Positions 60,631-64,000 of a stretch of 64,000 bases of DNA are shown piece after piece. Made by a program: the position numbers and the translations under genes. Position 1 is the stretch's first letter. Each line of letters starts with the position of its first letter. The notes under the pieces are model-generated. The model searched no databases. It was given only the letters and a program-made list of their open reading frames with translations, and was not told where the DNA came from. The stretch is from an uncultured Bacilli bacterium. Lineage in GTDB: Bacteria > Bacillota_I > Bacilli_A > Izemoplasmatales > UBA1188. The DNA lies in assembly GCA_905235635.1 (NCBI GenBank), contig CAJOMC010000001.1, positions 22,948 to 86,947 of the forward strand. The letters are read 5' to 3'.

Positions 60631-60811
60631 AATATAAAAATGAGTCGAAATTGTATTAATTCGACTCATTTTCTAAGACAGAAACAAAGGGTAGTTAATT
60701 ATAAAAGTGAGTTAATTAGAATTTTCTAGAAAAAACATATAAATATAATATTTAGAAATTATTTTTATATTTTTAAACTGGCTAAAACTGGCCACTTTAT
60801 CTATATTTATA

Positions 60812-60840
60812 TTGCTTAAAAAACCTTTTTATTATAAAAT
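60812..60840 (+). promoter_or_regulatory. Flavodoxin promoter
   Basis: TTGCTT-17-TAAAAT, followed by SD GGAGG. Confidence 0.65.
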
Positions 60841-60882
60841 AATATAGCAATTGCAAAAAATATGTACATATGGAGGATTAAT

Positions 60883-61308
60883 ATGAGCAAAGTTGCAGTA
60901 GTATTCTGGACAAGTGGCGACCACACTAGAGCTATGGCTGAATTTGTAGCTCAAGCTGCAAGAGGAGCTGGCGCTGATGTAGATTTACTAGAAGCTGATG
61001 GCTTCAGCGCAGCTGATGTTGCACAATATGATGCATTAGCATTCGGATGTCCTGCTATGGGTAGTGAAGTTCTTGAAGAAGACGTATTCCAACCTATGTG
61101 GGATGAAGTTAAAGAAGTTCTCGGCGGTAAGAAAGTTGGTTTATTCGGTTCTTATGGCTGGGGTGGCGGCGAATGGATGAGAAATTGGACTGAAGAAGCT
61201 CAAGGTCTCGGATTAAATCTAGTTAAAGATGGCGTTGCTGCTGAAGAATATGAAGAAGGCGCAGCTGAAGAAGCTGACCTACAAGAACTAGGCGAAGCTC
61301 TTGCTTAA
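60883..61308 (+). CDS. Short-chain flavodoxin
   Basis: AFGCPAMGSEVLE, LFGSYGWGGGEWM; SD-supported ATG at 60883; codon choice looks like a highly expressed gene. Confidence 0.92.
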   Translation: MSKVAVVFWTSGDHTRAMAEFVAQAARGAGADVDLLEADGFSAADVAQYDALAFGCPAMGSEVLEEDVFQPMWDEVKEVLGGKKVGLFGSYGWGGGEWMRNWTEEAQGLGLNLVKDGVAAEEYEEGAAEEADLQELGEALA

Positions 61309-61325
61309 TATTTTTAAGTAATAAT

Positions 61326-61355
61326 AAAAGGATGTGATTTGGTTCACATCCTTTT
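61326..61355. terminator. Bidirectional terminator between flavodoxin and the LemA-like gene
   Basis: aaaaggatgtga-tttggt-tcacatcctttt. Confidence 0.88.
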
Positions 61356-61872
61356 ATTCAACTTCCTCTTTTGTGTGTATTTTAAGTATCTTGCCCAATA
61401 TATTATTAGGGAATGTATATAATCTTATATTAAGCTTATTAGCCATAGTATTATACCTATTAATTATACAAAAATGATTACTACAACATTCTTTTAAACT
61501 ATTATAAAGTTTTTCATTATCTGTGTCGTTTAATTGAAGTTGTAGCTCAGTATATAGTAAATCTAATTTGTCTTCAATTAGTTTAATGCTATTATTATAT
61601 TTATTCAGATTAATTCTAATATCTTCTAGTTTAATGTTTGGAATCAATAATGCATAGGATATATGTGGTTTTGATCTATTATTAATTTCATTAATTAAAC
61701 TTAAAATACTATTACCATTTGTTTCTAATTCTTTAATTGTATTAGAAATATTCTTATCTAATTCTTTTAAATCTACAGAAACGTTATAAATCCATAGAAA
61801 TAAAACGAAGATAAGAATTATTGATATTGTTATAATAATTTCAGCAACCCCGATTAAAAAATTAATAATCAT
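61354..61872 (-). CDS. Divergent LemA-like membrane protein
   Basis: N-terminal TM helix then YN; helical body; C-terminal RYNTMANKLNIRLYTFPNNILGKIL resembling the LemA YN...YN...FP.N motif. Confidence 0.6.
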   Translation of the reverse strand: MIINFLIGVAEIIITISIILIFVLFLWIYNVSVDLKELDKNISNTIKELETNGNSILSLINEINNRSKPHISYALLIPNIKLEDIRINLNKYNNSIKLIEDKLDLLYTELQLQLNDTDNEKLYNSLKECCSNHFCIINRYNTMANKLNIRLYTFPNNILGKILKIHTKEEVE

Positions 61873-61912
61873 ATTTAAATATTTAAATTAAACACACGTT
61901 ATGGAACTTATT

Positions 61913-61938
61913 ATAAAAAACTGGCGTATGCCAGTTAT
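61913..61938 (-). terminator. Intrinsic terminator after deoD
   Basis: Minus strand aactggc-atac-gccagtt followed by a U-run. Confidence 0.85.
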
Positions 61939-61943
61939 TATAT

Positions 61944-62657
61944 TTAAAGCTTAATTGCTGCTTCAAGACCTAGAAGCATCATATTATTCATTAGCTTCTC
62001 TCTTTCTTCAGCTGTTGTTTCCTGATGGCTTACTAGTGAATCTGAAATAGTTAGAATACATGAGGCTCTTTTACCTGTTGCTCTGGCATTAGCAAATAGG
62101 GCAAATGATTCCATTTCAACACATGAACAATTATGTTTCTTTACACCATCCATATATTTAGATTCCGGTAGATGATAGAAAACATCTGATGAGTGAATAG
62201 TGCCTACATGAAGATTAAAGTTTAAATCTTTTGCAGTTTCAATAATAACATTATTTAAAGATTCAGATGGTTTTTGAATATCTTCAGTGTAATTTGCCAT
62301 ATCAATTGCATAAGATGATTCGCTATATGCATCTTTTGCAAGCACTAAATCAAATACATTAAGTTCAGGAATATATGACCCTGCGGTACCAATACGAATA
62401 ATATTTTCTACTCCATAGAACTTAAATAATTCATATGAATAGATGCCGACTGAAGGCATACCCATGCCTCCGCCCATTACTGATACTTCTTTTCCTTTGT
62501 ATTTACCAGTATATCCAAACATATTTCTAACCCTATTAATTAGTTTTACATCTGTTAAATAAGTATCAGCTATAAATTTAGCTCTTAATGGATCTCCCGG
62601 CATTAATACTGTTTTTGCTACTTCTCCTAAATTAGCACTATTATGTGGTGTTGACAT
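61944..62657 (-). CDS. deoD: Purine-nucleoside phosphorylase DeoD
   Basis: TPHN, VLMPGDPLRA, GMGMPS..IY, RIGTAG, VEME, TISD. Confidence 0.97.
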   Translation of the reverse strand: MSTPHNSANLGEVAKTVLMPGDPLRAKFIADTYLTDVKLINRVRNMFGYTGKYKGKEVSVMGGGMGMPSVGIYSYELFKFYGVENIIRIGTAGSYIPELNVFDLVLAKDAYSESSYAIDMANYTEDIQKPSESLNNVIIETAKDLNFNLHVGTIHSSDVFYHLPESKYMDGVKKHNCSCVEMESFALFANARATGKRASCILTISDSLVSHQETTAEEREKLMNNMMLLGLEAAIKL

Positions 62658-62658
62658 C

Positions 62659-63309
62659 TTACATTCCTCCTTTAACGATTTCTACGCCCTTTGATGTTCC
62701 TATTCTTGTGGCACCTGCATCTATCATCTTAAGTGCATCTTCTAGTGTACTTACACCTCCAGATGCCTTAACTTCAGCGTTATTTCCAACTACGCTTTTC
62801 ATTAATGCAACATCTTCTTTTGTTGCTCCGCCTGTTCCAAATCCTGTCGATGTTTTAACAAAATCTGCACCTGCTTTAAGTGATAATTCTGACGCTTTCT
62901 TTATTTCATCTTTATCAAGATAACATGTTTCAATAATTACTTTTAATGTCCTATTAAAACAAGCTTGTTTTATCTCTTTTATCTCATTTTCAACATAGTC
63001 ATATTTCTTATCCTTAAGAGCGGCTACATTTATTACCATATCAATCTCGTCGGCACCATTTTTGATTGCATCTAAAGTTTCATATACCTTAACCTCAGTA
63101 GTGTTTTGTCCTAAAGGAAAACCTATTACGGTACATACGAGTACATCTGTGTTTTTTAAAGCATCTTTTGCTTTTTTAACGTTATATGGATTTACGCATA
63201 CACTTTTAAAGTTGTACTCTTTAGCTTCTTCAATTAATTTGTCAATTACGCTATCTCCACCAAAAGCTTTAAGATAGGTATGATCAATATATTTGTTTAA
63301 CTTTTCCAT
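62659..63309 (-). CDS. deoC: Deoxyribose-phosphate aldolase
   Basis: [45 protein letters not shown]. Confidence 0.97.
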   Translation of the reverse strand: MEKLNKYIDHTYLKAFGGDSVIDKLIEEAKEYNFKSVCVNPYNVKKAKDALKNTDVLVCTVIGFPLGQNTTEVKVYETLDAIKNGADEIDMVINVAALKDKKYDYVENEIKEIKQACFNRTLKVIIETCYLDKDEIKKASELSLKAGADFVKTSTGFGTGGATKEDVALMKSVVGNNAEVKASGGVSTLEDALKMIDAGATRIGTSKGVEIVKGGM

Positions 63310-63318
63310 TTGAACCTC

Positions 63319-63585
63319 CTAGAAAAAATTATAAAAATAAACTAACAAACTTATCATGGAACCAATTAATACAAGGCCAAGTGTTCCACCAAGGTCGAAC
63401 ATCCCGAGTATTAATTTTCCACAAAATACTCTTCTAAAAGGGTAAGATACTTTTAAAAGAAATGAGTAAAACTTAGAATATCTTGTTTCAGGGAATATAT
63501 ATGGTAGGAATAGCGAGAGTAATACAAAAGCTTCATAAGTAATGAGTATTCCTACTAAAATAGTGATAAATATTTTCATTATCAC
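63319..63585 (-). CDS. YggT/YlmG family membrane protein
   Basis: Hydrophobic protein with the P...F..V...P.R...G.FDL pattern; immediately downstream of sepF. Confidence 0.7.
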   Translation of the reverse strand: MIMKIFITILVGILITYEAFVLLSLFLPYIFPETRYSKFYSFLLKVSYPFRRVFCGKLILGMFDLGGTLGLVLIGSMISLLVYFYNFF

Positions 63586-63587
63586 TA

Positions 63588-63878
63588 TTAAACCTCTTTA
63601 TAATCAGAAATAAATCTTTCAAGACCTGGATCTTTTAAGTCTTTTTTTGTAGCAAAAAGGAATACTTTATTCTTTAACTTTATACAATTGCCATCAGTAG
63701 CATAATTAACTCCTTGTAGGAAATGTAGGAGCATTTCACCTATTTTATCAGGGCAATCATTAAAATCTACGCATACTGGGTTACCTAACATTAACTCATT
63801 AGCGGTATCATATGCTTTCTTTTCGTTTTCTATTTTATGAAATTTTAATCTTTTTCCAGCTGGTACAGTTCTTTCCAT
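63588..63878 (-). CDS. sepF: Cell division protein SepF (minimal core)
   Basis: A...L..G.PVCVDF..., L.FLQGVNYA.DG...K....FL pattern; upstream of yggT. Confidence 0.8.
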   Translation of the reverse strand: MERTVPAGKRLKFHKIENEKKAYDTANELMLGNPVCVDFNDCPDKIGEMLLHFLQGVNYATDGNCIKLKNKVFLFATKKDLKDPGLERFISDYKEV

Positions 63879-64000
63879 AATTAATCCTCTTAGCTTAAAT
63901 ATATAAAGTATTATTTATCTATAAATAGTTTATCATTTTAATTACTAATTAATAATATATATTTTATTAATTATTATCTTTATCACATTTAGAAAACTCA

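Noticed and set aside
1-64000. Apparent abundance of TCGCA/TGCGA pentamers, suggesting restriction-site avoidance (e.g. of TTGCAA)
   Set aside because: TTGCAA and TGCA are still present many times. The impression needs an observed/expected Markov calculation that I cannot run.

Overview
Low-GC Bacillota/Mollicutes-type chromosomal segment. TGA is a stop codon (code 11). Gene content plus the giant CvpA-anchored repeat protein suggest an Acholeplasmatales/Anaeroplasma-like gut bacterium (inference). About 55 CDS, mostly housekeeping: rsmE/mtaB/rpsU, phoH-ybeY-cdd-era-recO-glyQS-dnaG-rpoD-trmK-nif3, fhs, parE-parC, recJ-apt-rel-dtd, T-box-valS-folC, radC, rplU-rpmA, obg, ruvA, rarA, rnj, recU, pdp, ssb, flavodoxin, deoD/deoC, yggT/sepF. 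I found no rRNA, tRNA, CRISPR array or intact mobile element. The window appears to contain the replication terminus: a 28-bp XerCD dif site (53332-53359) lies in a 1.7-kb gene desert, flanked by a converging GAGAAGAGG pair, about 2 kb from where gene orientation switches from + to -. Most unusual observations: a catalytically degenerate Fic protein starting 1 nt after parC; a tandem-domain protein ending in a uL15-like domain, next to a YegP-like repeat membrane protein; RpoD with an AT-hook and GW in place of the WW dyad, plus a second RpoD-like sigma in the same operon; a 2637-aa membrane-anchored protein with ~105-aa repeats; a HypA gene coupled to an Fe-S flavoprotein with no hydrogenase in view; L27 with an atypical N-terminal extension and no adjacent prp; an RNase J paralog lacking all metal ligands; and recurring hairpins that hide the SD and carry a -10 box in the loop. 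All family assignments are from motif recognition by eye; no searches were run.
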